From Trichoplax sp. H2 (lineage: Eukaryota): a stretch of 29,510 nt of DNA. Positions 1 through 12,861 of the stretch are shown piece after piece. The notes under the pieces are model-generated. The model had not been told where the DNA came from. It made no database searches and worked only from the letters and a program-made list of their open reading frames with translations. The stretch's first letter is position 1, and every line of letters starts with the position of its first letter. The DNA lies in NCBI GenBank assembly GCA_003344405.1, contig NOWV01000187.1, positions 124,001 to 153,510 on the forward strand. Direction: 5' to 3'. Made by a program: the position numbers and the translations under genes.

Positions 1-91
1 GTATTCCATGTAATGATGCAACCCTTCCAATTATTTATCGGAATTTACTCTACAGCATAGCATAGTACTAACTTAAGACGCACAAATCTTC
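1..91 (+). pseudogene. Decayed linker-exon remnant of upstream unit A (partial, runs off window start)
   Basis: By eye the DNA resembles gene B linker exon 13416-13520 (tattccat..., gaatt(c)tac..., catag(c/t)a...). It has stops in all three plus frames and lies about 285 nt before a PAN exon. Confidence 0.4.
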
Positions 92-375
92 GTACTCTAA
101 GAATAATTAATGAATCACCTGGATAAGATGGCAAAATTTCGACATCTAACCGTTTAAAATGAGATATTCAACGTCTGTAGTTAACAGTTTGATAAACTGT
201 TTATAAAATAGAGAGAGAGGAACAGATATAGCTTTAGGCATTTTATCTGTAAAGTATTTCATTCATTCTAAGACACCTTGTCAAGAAATATAGGGTAATA
301 TGATCATTCTCGAAAACTAATGTTATGTTCTTTTTTCTTTATGTTCTACCTTACTCTCTAACTATATGATTCTAG

Positions 376-572
376 CTCAAAGTTCTTATCGAATGGTCGG
401 TATTCCAACTACTAACATACTACAACCAATCATGTCGTGGTCTGGCATATCGCGCCATCAATGCGCTTTCTACTGCACAAGAAATTTAATCTGTTCCCAT
501 TTTGACTACAACTCTTCGATTATCTTTACTACAGATAATTCTCAATGCACCCTGTATAGTGTAAAGGCATAA
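376..572 (+). CDS. Unit A terminal exon: PAN/apple-like domain
   Basis: Acceptor ttctag|CT (phase 1). Encodes SGISRHQCAFYCTRNLICSHFDY...QCTLYSVKA*, the PAN core C-x3-C-x5-C-x2-F-x-Y...C-x-L. Homologous to the other terminal exons. Confidence 0.75.
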
Positions 573-2713
573 GCCTGGCAGCTCAATGACTAATCGTTGA
601 GTAACAATTATAGCCTTTTTTTAGATACGACAGCCATAATATTCAGCTAATAAATTATTAAGTGCTATCGAAATATTAACCCACGGTATTGTTATATTGA
701 CAACATACATATAATTAGTTTGAAATTTTGCAAGTCATGCCATGAAGTAGCAATTCACTACCATGATCAAGATAGATGTATCTAATGCATCATTTTATGC
801 CTTTAAATGCTTGAATATAATTGTTGTTAGATAGAAGAAACTTTACTTAACCAAATGAATATTTAACTTAGTTAACTTAATTAAGTTGCCATGGATTATG
901 TTCTTGTTCAGAGTAGACGGTTATAACAGATTAAATGATCGTTTTAATTTACAAAATACTTGTATTTTATTTTTTTTCGCTCCTAAGGCGCTTAAATAGT
1001 CCTTAAGCTCCAAGATCATGATTGTAATTCCTTTTTAATGCTAACAATATCCTAATACCCGGTAAGGATGATAAATACTATGCCTTCTAAAGTCAGCTAT
1101 TATCATATTTTCGAGTATAATTTTTCGGAGAATGTCAGTACGGTTATATCAATCTTAAGCTCTAGCTTTATTATCTTCGAATGCAAGTATGAAAATTATT
1201 AAAGATTTCGCTATGTCCTTATCCTGATTATTAAATATATAGAGTTACAGATTCAATTCGATCCTATTTCTTTGCAGTTTTTCAAACTTCTTTTAATATT
1301 AAAAACTAGCTTTAATTAGCTATTATCGAATAAGTAATTATATATGTTTTTATACTGTTGAAGGAAGACTTATTTACATTGAAGAGACCAAAATTTACTG
1401 AATACAATCTCTGTTGTGACTTTCATCATTTATTATTTATATTACTCATAACGGATTATTCGGTAAAAAATGTTAAAGTCATCTTATAACAAATAAGATC
1501 GGTCACTTGACGTTCTTCTCTAAAGTAATACTTACTATAATAAATAGATAATTTCAGTATTATTAACATGCATAAAACTATTAGTTTTTAATGTATTCTG
1601 TAACGCTAACAATTCTACATAGAATCGTCTAACTAAAGGGTTCGTGAAACGCTTGCATCATTAAAATATCTGTAGAACTATTTTAGGAGTACTTTATTGC
1701 ATTTTTTGGAGACACCCTGTCTACCCAGATAGAATTTAAAATGCTAATTTAGTAAAATAAAAAATTAGATTTTACGTATTCCAAAGTATTTCTAATATTT
1801 GAAATTAAAAATATCTATTCAGTCTCATTTTCATTTTCGTTGATATTCTATCATAAATTATAATTATAATCTGAACCCAACAAATATACTGTTGATAATA
1901 TCCTGCATATCCTGCTTTCTTTCTCGTATTCAATGCTGTTTTTATCGGACTTTGATAATTACAAGATATTAGAGATTCCTGCTTTGATCTAATGGAAAAA
2001 GAAGCGGTTTTCTAAACCTGCCAATTTGCTAAAATTATATATAATTGGCTTAAATAATAAGTTTTTTAATGGTATAATATCGCGGAATACCTATTTTATT
2101 TCGTGATTTAAGCTTAATTTTCTTTCCGAAGCTCAATAAAAATAAGAATAAACATCTACTTAAAGGGCTCTAATGAAATAGATTGCTATAATTCAAGTCT
2201 ATACATGTGAACATGCATGTGGATAAAGTTTTTTCTGAAACTCGCAATAATAATTAATTACCGAAGTATGAGGGGGATAAGTACAAGCCCATACTGCTTA
2301 TTAGATGAATTAATAGAGCTACTAAATAGTCTGATCAATTTAATTCGTATAATTATCTGTATTGTACAGTAATATTTATATCATACTCGTATGTGCTATA
2401 TTGCTCTAAATTACTTTAACATCTGCCATCTCTGGAATATTATATATAGATAGAATGTGATAAAATAAGATGAATAATGTAAGGTGTATAGTTTGAAGAG
2501 TATTAAATTTCGCACTTTTCTTGCCGTATTCAGCTACTGTAATTCATTAATTATTAAATATTGTTCCCTAGGCTCAGGAAATGAAAATAATTAACTCTTT
2601 GCAAATCATCAAATTTAATTTCGAATTTTTCTCGTTAGTTGTATTTCGTGACATTGCATCATTGCTTCCTACATAGGCCGTTTTATGCTCTACATTTCAA
2701 AAGTAACAACTAA

Positions 2714-2749
2714 ATGGCATTTGATTTTCAACTTTATATTCTTATAATC
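2714..2749 (+). CDS. Gene A2 exon 1: signal peptide N-half (MAFDFQLYILII)
   Basis: ATG, 12 mostly hydrophobic codons, strong phase-0 donor ATC|gtaagc. Same layout as gene B exon 1. Confidence 0.7.
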
Positions 2750-2918
2750 GTAAGCTGCTGTAGTTTTGTTAATTATAATTGTTATACGCAGATTGTAATT
2801 ATTTTTAAAACCAACTATAGGCCCATCATATTACATATGGATTTTAACCTTATCATCTGACTTGAATCTTAGTCTCGTAATGCTTTACATGATTAATATT
2901 ATTCTAATTCATGAATAG

Positions 2919-2967
2919 GCTATCATTATATCAATTTATGCTCCTATAACGATAGGTATTCCTGCAG
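2919..2967 (+). CDS. Gene A2 exon 2: signal peptide C-half (AIIISIYAPITIGIPA)
   Basis: aatag|GCT...GCAG|gtaagc, 49 nt, phase 0 to 1. Ends in G-I-P, like G-L-P and N-L-P in the 46-nt exon 2 of genes D and B. Confidence 0.7.
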
Positions 2968-4987
2968 GTAAGCTAGGATAGATTGTAGAATTATGATTAG
3001 GGATATATCAAGAGGAGATATTTATATTTTCCTTTTTACTGTTATTGACCGACTGTATTGAGTTATTAAATATAGCTAGAGGAGCCAATACTGGTTTGGA
3101 AAGTTTATTGAATTTAGACTAAAATTTTAAATCATCGCTGCTGTAATAGATTATCTGTCCGACATAAAGTAAAATAACACCACTTATATGATTATTATGG
3201 ATTTAGATTATACTCACATACTTAAAATTTTCAGTGATACGTATAAATAAACCCCTTAATTCTAATAATACTATACTTCAGAATTAAATTCAGACTGTTT
3301 ACAGCCATTAGACTGTAAATATATTCTAAGTCATTTATAAATTATAGCGATGAAGGTTCTCTTCTCAAATCAATTAGTCTGTGGAAAAATTACGCTGCCA
3401 TTATAATATCTTACAAAGATATTTGTGTATGTATCATATTGACAAGTGGCGATTTACATGAAAAGGTCCTCTGCTTATGCTTGATTTAAAATTATTTTTA
3501 TATTACGTTATAATTATTCAACTTTCACGAAAATGCCACCTCAAATAGATCTTTATGCCAATAAAGGAGCTCAGAAGGATCCAGGTAATTTCAAGTATAG
3601 TCATAAATAACTCTGATCATAATCATAATTATTAATAAATGATAGGCTTGACGAGTCCTAGCGTTCAATACCTTGCTGCATAATTTAAATATTATTTTAC
3701 CTGCTTTCCTCTTTGATTGTTAAGGTATCGAGCTTATTCGCCACATTATGAGTAGATATAACTAATAATTTACTGATATGGAATCCTTATTCAGTATATC
3801 AAATTTATTTCTGGATTAATTAGCAGTCCTTGATCACAAATAATAGCGCACCCATTCTCAAGGTTCTATTCCATCGTAATCTGGTTATAAAAGATCACTG
3901 ACTGCCAAAGCATACAAGCAGATACTATTATAAATTATGCTAATATCTAGTCATGAATTTGTACTGGAAAGTTAATATCTATCTCTAAAATAATACCGTC
4001 CAACTTTTTGGTTGGTAGTCAAAGTTAATACTGTACACTGTGTAGTACCATAATGGTTTAATAAAATTTAGGTTCTTATATGAAGGTTCGTTAAAGATAT
4101 TTTCCATGATAGTAAGGACGTATCTTTACGATCAAGCAATTTAAATTTTAAAGCATTCCTGAATTGAGCTTATAATTACGTATTGTAATTATGCAGTAAA
4201 AGTGCTAAATACTGTACATCATACAAGTAAAGAAACTAGATTAAGAACACTGATCTGAGTGTAGTGAGAGGGCCACCTACTTGTATTACAGAATATTTAA
4301 GCTCTTAAGATGCTATAATTTTAGCAATTCATCTTCATAACAACCTTTTATCCTTAAAGTAATTGGATATGATGATTCCATTACCATTTCAAATTTCTTA
4401 GAATTATTCTAACCTACCGTACTTTCTATAACAGAAATAACGGCCTAGGTACATAAGTAAACTGATTCAAATGCACGATAAGTTGTCTGGGAAAAATATC
4501 AATTCTATCTAGTAATTCTTCGGTCTAATCATGATATTTTACTGACTAAACTAATAACATTTAATTAGTATTAACTACCATACTACTGTATAAGGCAATC
4601 TGTAAAATAACCTTTAGAAGAATTATTATTCTAAGCAGAGACAGAATCACTGCAGAATTGAAATTATAAAAAGATCTGGAAAAACATAGTTTAGATCTAG
4701 AATCTGATCATCTAATGCTTCATTCGTAAAGATATAAGTTTGTCTACTTGGCAAACTGCAAATAATTAATTAGCTATGATTTATATGTAATACGTTTAAG
4801 TTAAGTAATGTTACCTGTATTGAATTTGGAGTTCATTGAATCTTAAAGCAGTCTTGTTGTTGGTTGTCTATAGCTGATGAAACTGAAATTACAGAAGCTC
4901 TTTATAACCGTGAAATGCAATTAATTATTATAAATAAAATTAAGAAAACTTAGATTAATTTCTCCAATTCTGATTAATACTCTCCCT

Positions 4988-6797
4988 GGGCTGTCAGAAT
5001 AATCAGCTAAAATATTCGTAAAACGATTGGTGACTACCGTTCACTGTAATGTACATATATCTAAATTTGACAATCACGTATTTTCTAGCACATGAAATTT
5101 TCTTATTTTACTGCTAATTAAATACCATTTAAGAATTATTCGAGATTTATAAATAGTAGCAGGACCTGCGAATTTTAAGTTACAATATATTAGATATTGA
5201 TTGATTGATATAGAAGTGTCTACTGTTGAAATGCATATTTTTCCACCAACCAGCATTTTTTTGGTGAAAGTTACCACAGAATCGTAGCTTTAGGTATTCG
5301 TGTTCGCTTCTTGACAAGAGCACACCAGTTAATAGTGAAACTGCCTCTTTTTAAAATTGTTTCTGAGACTTGTAAATGAAATTAGACTGCTAATATAGAG
5401 ATATTTTAGCGATAGTATTATTTAGATAAATATTTTCTTGAATTTACAAAATTTTAATTACTGTGCTTGATATATCTACCAGAACCTGGCACAGCTGCTG
5501 CTACTACCACCAGCACGAGTGAAAGTTCACCTTTATTTGTAATGTCTTATTATGAAAAGAAAATTTCAAGAACAACAGAGTGTACAGGTAATATTTTATT
5601 TCTGATGATTGCGGAATATGTGCATTCTTCTGGCGGCTGTAGCAAGCACATACTTCACTCCATTTAACTATAATCAAACGTGAAATAACAGTAATATATT
5701 AGTAGAGTTATGTAAACATCAAAAACATGATATAGATAATATTGTCTGAACATATTGTTACGTAAAATAAAATCGCCAAACATTACCTTCCGCACTAACA
5801 ATAAATAAACATTATGTCTACAGCCCAAAACTCTCTTCTTGCTATCGCTAGGAGACATAATTACTCATGTTTCTCTAGATCAAAAAGCATTAACCCCGAC
5901 TAGGTAATAATTTTTAGCTAAATTAAATAGATTTCAATGTCATTAATATCGATAACATTGCTAAAAATAGACTATTATTGAGACCAAAAGAAAGATAACG
6001 TTGCTATCTAGATAAAGTCAATGATGACATTGTTTTCTGTCCCGATAAATCAACTGAATACGAGCTCATGTTTACTATTCAAGTCATCTGATTTTATGTT
6101 GGCACTTGATCATATCGCAAAAGCTAAACTTTAATTTATAGATATTACGGACTTTCGGCGCGATTAAGCGAAATAATCCGGTGAATGAGTGTTTATGTTT
6201 CCTATTCAAGTTATTCGATTAATGCTAGTCCTTAATCAAACAGTAGAGGCTAGATTTTATTTTATAGATACTACCAACTTGCGGTACAATTAGAAATTTT
6301 TATAGCGATAGTTTCAAAATATCGTTATCGTCGTCCATAAAATACAGTAATTTGTTTTATAACAGTCTACTAGCTGATCCCTTACGCTATCCTCATTGAA
6401 GGGAATTAAGTTCTAACAATTCAGCGATCACGCGGATAAGTACTGTTTCGTGTTTTACAAAAATCTCTCCAAAGGAAATCTTTATTGCGTAACTTGTCTC
6501 AAATGCAACATTCTAGATACTTATTATAAAAGTGAAATTTACAGCACTCAATTGCGGCTAAACCTAGGCTCATTTTCTAACTTTGGCATTTTCTATTTTA
6601 GTTCAGGCCTTCTACAATATTGTACACTCTCCTCGCGGTAATTTGTTATCAATCAGTATAACACTTCATGGAATTACACTACATCAGTGTGCTAATGGAT
6701 GCACTCAAAATAGACTGTGCCAACTATTTGGTTATCAAAGCTGTCTTCAAAACACTATAGGCTATAACGTTTGTACTTTATTTCTTCTCTCGCTGGC
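4988..6797 (+). repeat. Copy 1 of a local segmental duplication (partner ~15881-17946)
   Basis: Collinear similarity across intron, linker exon and PAN exon, e.g. aaagttcacctttatttgtaatgtctta and tcagtgtgctaatggatgcactcaaaataga are identical in both copies. Confidence 0.9.
5483..5587 (+). CDS. Gene A2 linker exon: S/T-rich segment followed by MSYYEKK
   Basis: ctaccag|AA...ACAG|gtaata, 105 nt, phase 1-1. Encodes (E)PGTAAATTTSTSESSPLFVMSYYEKKISRTTECT, similar to gene D linker ...VLSHYYKQMDIEAEYT. Confidence 0.7.
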
Positions 6798-6801
6798 GTG
6801 A
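6602..6801 (+). CDS. Gene A2 terminal exon: PAN/apple-like domain (spliced product 129 aa, no lectin domains)
   Basis: ctattttag|TT, phase 1. Encodes HGITLHQCANGCTQNRLCQLFGY...VCTLF. Exons 36+49+105+200 = 390 nt join in one open frame. Confidence 0.75.
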
Positions 6802-6980
6802 ATAGATTGTCATAACTTACCTATTAAAGCTATGTTTCTAATATAGCAAATTACTATGTCTGGACGCATAGATTAGCTAGTTATTATTTAGCTATCAAAA
6901 CTTTCTGGCTATGTATAGTATTATTGGTCATATTAAATAAAATTCATACTGCATCTTTATGAAGGCTTGGTCGTGAAGAT

Positions 6981-7335
6981 ATATCAATGTTTTCAAAGTT
7001 GAAAGCTCCTTTAGAATCCATTAATCATAATATTTACTCCATTTATGGGTAACTACTATCAAGGTATCAAAATTGTTTACTTATTCATCAACATGCTATA
7101 GGTCCTTAATCATATACGATATTATTAGCCTTAAAATTGAATTTAGACTGGATATTTATGGAACCTTTAATGTAAAAGTATATCGATTTTTTCAAAGTTG
7201 AAAGTTCTTTTAGAATCCGTTAACTATAATATTTTCTACTCTACTCTGTTTATGGATGACTATTGTCAAGATATGAAATTATTAACCTATTCATCAATAT
7301 GCAGTAGGTCCTTAACATTAACACTTGTTTATAGC
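6981..7335 (+). repeat. Diverged direct tandem duplication, ~200-bp period (6981-~7130 and 7180-~7335)
   Basis: Both copies share ttttcaaagttgaaag(c/t)tc(c/t)tttagaatcc, tattcatcaa(c/t)atgc and taggtccttaa. Confidence 0.85.
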
Positions 7336-7449
7336 ATCTATTACGGCATAGGAACATATGGTATCAACAGAATGATCAAGTCTTTCCACAAAATATCACA
7401 TAGCTATAATACTTGTACTTTGTTTATAGTGCCTTCAGAGAGAAATTAA
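7300..7449 (+). pseudogene. Degenerate PAN-exon remnant
   Basis: TLVYSIYYGI resembles gene D TLVPIISYHGV. DNA at 7376-7425 (atcaagtctttccacaaaatatcaca...tgtactttgttt) matches the 3' half of the A2/A2' PAN exon with a 1-nt indel. The central C-x3-C-x5-C motif is missing. Confidence 0.55.
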
Positions 7450-9155
7450 ATAATTATGCATACGTGAATATTTTCTTCGAATCACTACTTTTGATCATTA
7501 TAATTCTTCTTTTACTAATGGCATGCTTATTGTAAACCTTTTAATCCTTCGGCGATCGAAACTTGCTTCAGAAAATCGTCCGCAACAACATCCAAGTTCA
7601 ACAGTTGGTTTGTAATGGGCAAACAAAGCTATGGTAGCAACTACATATCGACACTAATTTCAAACTTCTTTGCTGTAACATATCCGAGTTAAAATTTCAA
7701 GAAACCATTGCTTTTAAATATGTTCAAGATTTAGACATCAAGACTCATCAAATCGGTACGAGATTACGTCATGCTGTATTTGTTCTACAGCGATGTTAAT
7801 TTCAAATTAACACTAAGGTCTATCTTAGCAACACTATAAGATGCTTATATAAAACAGCATAGATTATAGCTTCTGAATATTTAGTGGGAGGGTGGCAGGG
7901 ATTTGTAGCATTGCTGTACGAAGATACGCTAGTAATTTAGCCGTTAGGTATTTTCATTATAGGATATAAATTAGAACGTATGTAGACGCTTATTTATAGA
8001 ATTGTTAATGTAAAAATGTTATTAGTTCACCTATCAACACTGCTAACAAAATATCAGAGCATCGGCATCATATTTGAAGCTTGTACAGCTTCAAGAAATG
8101 TTAATGATTTAGCTATCAAGAAAAAGTTTACGTTGATAATTTATTTTTTGTATATTTAAAATGATTTCTTTTGTCATATAACTAATATAGTCCATGAATA
8201 ATATACTTATATTATCATTATGTAAAAAATTTTAATTAGGTATTCTTAATACTTAAAAAGAAATATTTATTAAAGCTACAGATTAAATAATTTTGTTCAC
8301 TATTTGTTATTGCTGGATTAAAATTCTGATCATTTTTGGTCAGAATTGGAAATGCAAATAAAGGTATCACGCTACTGTTGATTTCTCAATGGACATAACC
8401 ACTCCGCTAAAAAGAATAATTAAGATATTTTAGCTACCGGTAATTAATGTGAACTCAATTACAATGTGTAAAAAAAGAAATTAGAAAGAAATTGTACAGA
8501 TAATTATTTTTTATTCTCTACTGTTACTTAATTATTGATAACACTTTTACAATAATACAGTACGATGGCGATTCATAATCTATTCAATCTTGTAATTAAA
8601 TATTCACTCATATATCAGTTTTGATGCATTTTATTATGGTTTATTATATCTGTGAATGGGTGCTGAAGATCATCTCATGGTTATAATTCTGTATTAAATA
8701 GCAAAATGCTTGTTAGATAGTCGCGTAAGGAAGTCAATGACTTCATCTTATTATAGGGAGTAAAGAGGATAATTTATAATGTTACCTATTTCATGATTAC
8801 TAAGAGATAAAATATATTCTTTGGATAAGATCACAGATAATTACTAAAGTATGTTGTTTTAGCTAAACATAAGAAAAAATCCTAGAATGGGTATTAGACA
8901 AATTTTGCTATTTTGGTAATATATTGTATTTGATTTAATTGGTAGGTGAAAGTAGTCTTGGGAAACAATCAGATTAATTATTCATGCCGTTAAAAACAAA
9001 TTATTATTGCAAGATTTTACACCTGCTCCTCCTTCATATACGAACCTAGTGTTATGCTATTTTGTTCCTGAACTTAGCTAGCTTAAAATTAAAATTAATA
9101 ACAAATGAAAATTGTTAGGTCTCATTTTATACCTATCTAAGAAATTTGTACAGTT

Positions 9156-9194
9156 ATGACATTCAAAATTGGTAGCATTTTCTTGATTGCTTTG
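9156..9194 (+). CDS. Gene B exon 1: signal peptide N-half (MTFKIGSIFLIAL)
   Basis: ATG, 13 codons, perfect phase-0 donor TTG|gtaagt. A cag just upstream (9151-9153) suggests a 5'UTR intron. Confidence 0.75.
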
Positions 9195-10956
9195 GTAAGT
9201 TTAAGACTTGACCAGTAATCTTCACTTTATCTACATTTAAATTTAGTACGAAGGATTATTTGTATTATTGTACAATTTACAGCTTGATTAATATGTTAAT
9301 ATCGTCAATCTTTTCCTAAGAAATCAGTTTATTAAGGCGTTATTACTGTAAGGCAACGCCATTTTTTGAGAAGCAACGATTTATGAACAATCCTGGTAGA
9401 AAAGGCTCTGTAGCGTACATAGAGCATATGAAAATCCTTTGCAGTCTTAGAGCAATTAACCGTCTGCGTGATCTTTAAGATAATGTCATTTTAGGGCCTG
9501 AGGATTGTTAAGCTACAAAATTAATGCTAGTTGTTGTAACATAGATACTAAGCAAAGTCATCACTTAGTAAAATGGTATCTGTGATCGTACAGCGCTTTT
9601 ACGGTCATAAGTCTTATGATATCATTTTAAGGTTATCATTTTATATCATTTATGCCAGAAAACGTTTTGTAGATGCTGCTCAACCTATATTAAATGGTGT
9701 ATGTAGCTTACAGTAATTTTTATATTCACAAGCCTTTGGGTAACATCACAGAGTTTAATGATTTTGATAGTATTTCACGCAATATTTATACTGGATATGC
9801 CGTGTATGATATTAAATCTTAGCTCTAAATAAATCTCTAGCCCTAAAAATATTGCTAAATTCATAAACGTGAAGACAGTATAAATTGCTGGAATACAGAT
9901 TATTCTTTATAATACCTGTCATGGTATGAGAGAAGGCTAAGTAGACAACATTGAGCCTAAGCATAATTGTACCTTAGTATTATAGAATATCATAGACATG
10001 TAAATCTCGTGTTAAAGATGGTTTGAGGCATTAACGATTAATAAAGTCACTGTTATATAGTTGGGTAGATAAAGATTCTGTAAGCAAAATTGAATATAGA
10101 CAATAATTGCCCTAGGTTTTCGTCTAATTGTACACTTATGAATTTAGGAATAATGCTATAAGAGTTTGATAATTGTCCATATTTCAAGTATTTATGCCAG
10201 GAAAGATTCTATACACTATTTCCAATCTATTATATGACAGTGAAGCTTACTGTCACTTATTTTTTTTTTAACCTTACGAAAGACTATAAATCTAGTGAAG
10301 GACGTTCGATATGACTTATTGCAAAAATTGTGTGATTTAAACATTTTCTCTCAACATGGTTTTGATTATGCAATTTCAGTGCATTTCAACCTTTAGAAGG
10401 CGTTTGTACTTTAGAATAAATTGATGTGCCAGATTACGAAGGGTGTAATGCCTTAATGTTTCTCGTAAAGTAGCATTAACTAAATTTTATTCGTGTTATA
10501 TTAATTAAATCTTAGTTCCAAAAGGTCTTGTCGCCCCAAAATAACATTTTACGCCATGCTATTCAAACTTAAATGCTTCAATTTTTCTAATAAAAAAATA
10601 TCAATATAAACTCTATCCATTTATCCCAATTTATTCCAATATTTGAAAGACCCTTACAACTTTCAATAACTTTTGCATAATGTCTGCAGAATACTTTTAA
10701 ATCATTTGGCATGTAGCTGATTCTAATAGCTGCGTACTTGTCGCCATTTATCTTAAATTTATACTTTCCAACTTATCGTGACTCGCATCCTGTATGAATT
10801 TGAAATATAGATAACCTTATTTGCTCTTTAGATCATCGCTTTGAATTTAATATTTATACAATTGTTTAACTAACGATTAAAATACCGTAAGACAAATAAT
10901 CTAGGCTTTAGGAGAGGGCTGATAGAAAGGGACTTTGTTTATTACACTTTAAATAG

Positions 10957-11002
10957 ATCGTATGGTTTCAAGTGAAGACGGTGCTGAATTTGCCTTTCTC
11001 GC
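10957..11002 (+). CDS. Gene B exon 2 (IVWFQVKTVLNLPFS)
   Basis: aaatag|ATC...TCGC|gtaagt, 46 nt, phase 0 to 1. Same length and phases as gene D exon 27099-27144. Completes a hydrophobic signal peptide. Confidence 0.75.
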
Positions 11003-11179
11003 GTAAGTTATATTAATGAGATACTTGCACTTTTTCTTGATTGCTTATTTACTAATAGAAAGAGATCAATAGCTTTATTTAAAATCATACGATGTATTTA
11101 TGCTTTTTGTTCAGAAGAATTATTATAGATTCTAAAGTTAGTCTTTTTCTCATTCATTTCTCGAATGTATCAAACGCAG

Positions 11180-11575
11180 TGGAAAAATTTTGGCTTCGGA
11201 CGACTTCCAATATTTCAATTTGCTATCATGTTCCTAATATGACGATGACAGCTACAAGTGCTCGTTCATATTGCCAATCATTAGGTGGTGATTTGGCTAT
11301 CTTGAATACCTCACTCAAGAATAACGATTTCGTCTTCTATTACTACACGCAATTTCAACTTGATGAAGATTTATGGATTGGATTAAGGAACAGTTATAAA
11401 ACTCCAACGCACATAATTAATCAGTGGGTTAATGGTCAGTCAGTTACGTTTTCAAATTACGCTAATGGTGAAGAAAATAGTGCTACTTACAACTGCTTTG
11501 CTATGCAACGCAACAGCACTCATAGCTGGTATAATGAGCCCTGCAACAATTTACACTATTTTGCTTGTCAACGAA
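11180..11575 (+). CDS. Gene B exon 3: C-type lectin-like domain 1
   Basis: cgcag|TG...CGAA|gtaag. Motifs ARSYCQSLGGDLA, LWIGL, W-VNG, NC, WYNEPC and YFACQ match CTLD consensus. Confidence 0.92.
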
Positions 11576-12861
11576 GTAAGAAAGTAACTGTTATTTCATA
11601 ATTTTTATTTAATGAGAGTTGGAATGGGATCGTTAGAGTATTGCTAGTGAGAATTTTTTGTGCATCTTCTACTAACTTAACAGCGTTTACTTGTACTATA
11701 GCGCAAGCTTTTTAAATTATCTTGGTAGGAAGTAAATATTCACATTTAAATAAATCGATTATGCAGCCTATAGTAGCACTCAGTTATTTCATATAAAAGT
11801 TGAAATATAAATTCAATAATGATAATTGTATGGAGGTAAGTGACATTTATTACTAAAAGAAGATTCTTGAAAGATATCGAAAATTTTATTTGTCAACTGA
11901 GAGTCTGAAAGCCAAAATTGCTTTTAGTAGATATTTGATTTAATTAATTACCCTAAAAATTTTTCATAAGTACATTAGCATTTGGTTGTTAATAGTATTT
12001 GGATGAAAGCTGCATTTAAATCGTTCAGGCATTAGTACTGCGGAGAACTAATTCTTGTAATCGAATAATCTTTTATGCTTTTAGTTTGAAGGTTCACAAA
12101 ATTTAGAATTAATCATCAGTAAGTAGTTCTATATGATTAAATTATCTACCAGTATCCTTTATAAATCTGTATACTGGTATTTAGTTAGGTATAGTATTAA
12201 CGGCAATATCAATGTTGTACTGAGTATTTGAGATATTTTGCTACTTTATATTCTTGCAGCAACTTTCAATAATGTTAACTATTAGAAGCTAATCATAACT
12301 AGATTGAATATTGAAAAGAAATTTTTTTAACTCAATTAAGTATAACAAAAAGTTATACATTATTAGCACTCAATTCTTATATTTTTAATGATAGCATGAT
12401 AATAGTTGTACAAATGTTGTTGAGATATTCTCACTGAAAAGGTTCCATTCTCGAAATGTTTTGATCATATTGGTATTAGAAAAAGAGTTTCAAAAAGGAT
12501 AGATAAATTTCAAGCTAGTTTTTTCGTGGATCTTGGCTAAATAGCTTCAATTTGCAATCTCTACATTATTATTAAATAATCCAAGAGAATAACAGCGTCT
12601 ATATAAGCAGTAATGAAATTGAGGGTACTCAGAATAATATTAATTGCCGCTTTATGATATGATGCTGTAGCTAATATAGAATAAGCGGGGAAAGCGATGA
12701 ATCTTACTATTTGTGAGCTGAATGTAGGATACTTAGTTAGCATGAAAGAATCATAGAGACCAAACTGGACGGCAGTAGCTTTTTAGTCAATATCAACATG
12801 TTTTTCTGTCTAATTATTGGCTCTGTATGTAACTAACTAATAATTACCATTTTTAACTTAG

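Noticed and set aside
3549-3584. Possible 36-nt phase 1-1 micro-exon (DLYANKGAQKDP) inside gene A2
   Set aside because: Splice-like signals are present, but the pyrimidine tract is weak and there is no counterpart in the paralogues. It cannot be supported without transcripts.
5074-5858. Minus-strand ORFs 5074-5277 and 5664-5858 (also 16092-16340 minus and 17350-17553 plus)
   Set aside because: They lie in duplicated intronic sequence, reading frames are not preserved between the copies, and I see no domain signature.
9648-10265. Diverged ~75-bp direct repeat (atttatgccag...agcttac.gt) in gene B intron 1
   Set aside because: Real but short and intronic, with no termini or target duplication that would indicate an element.
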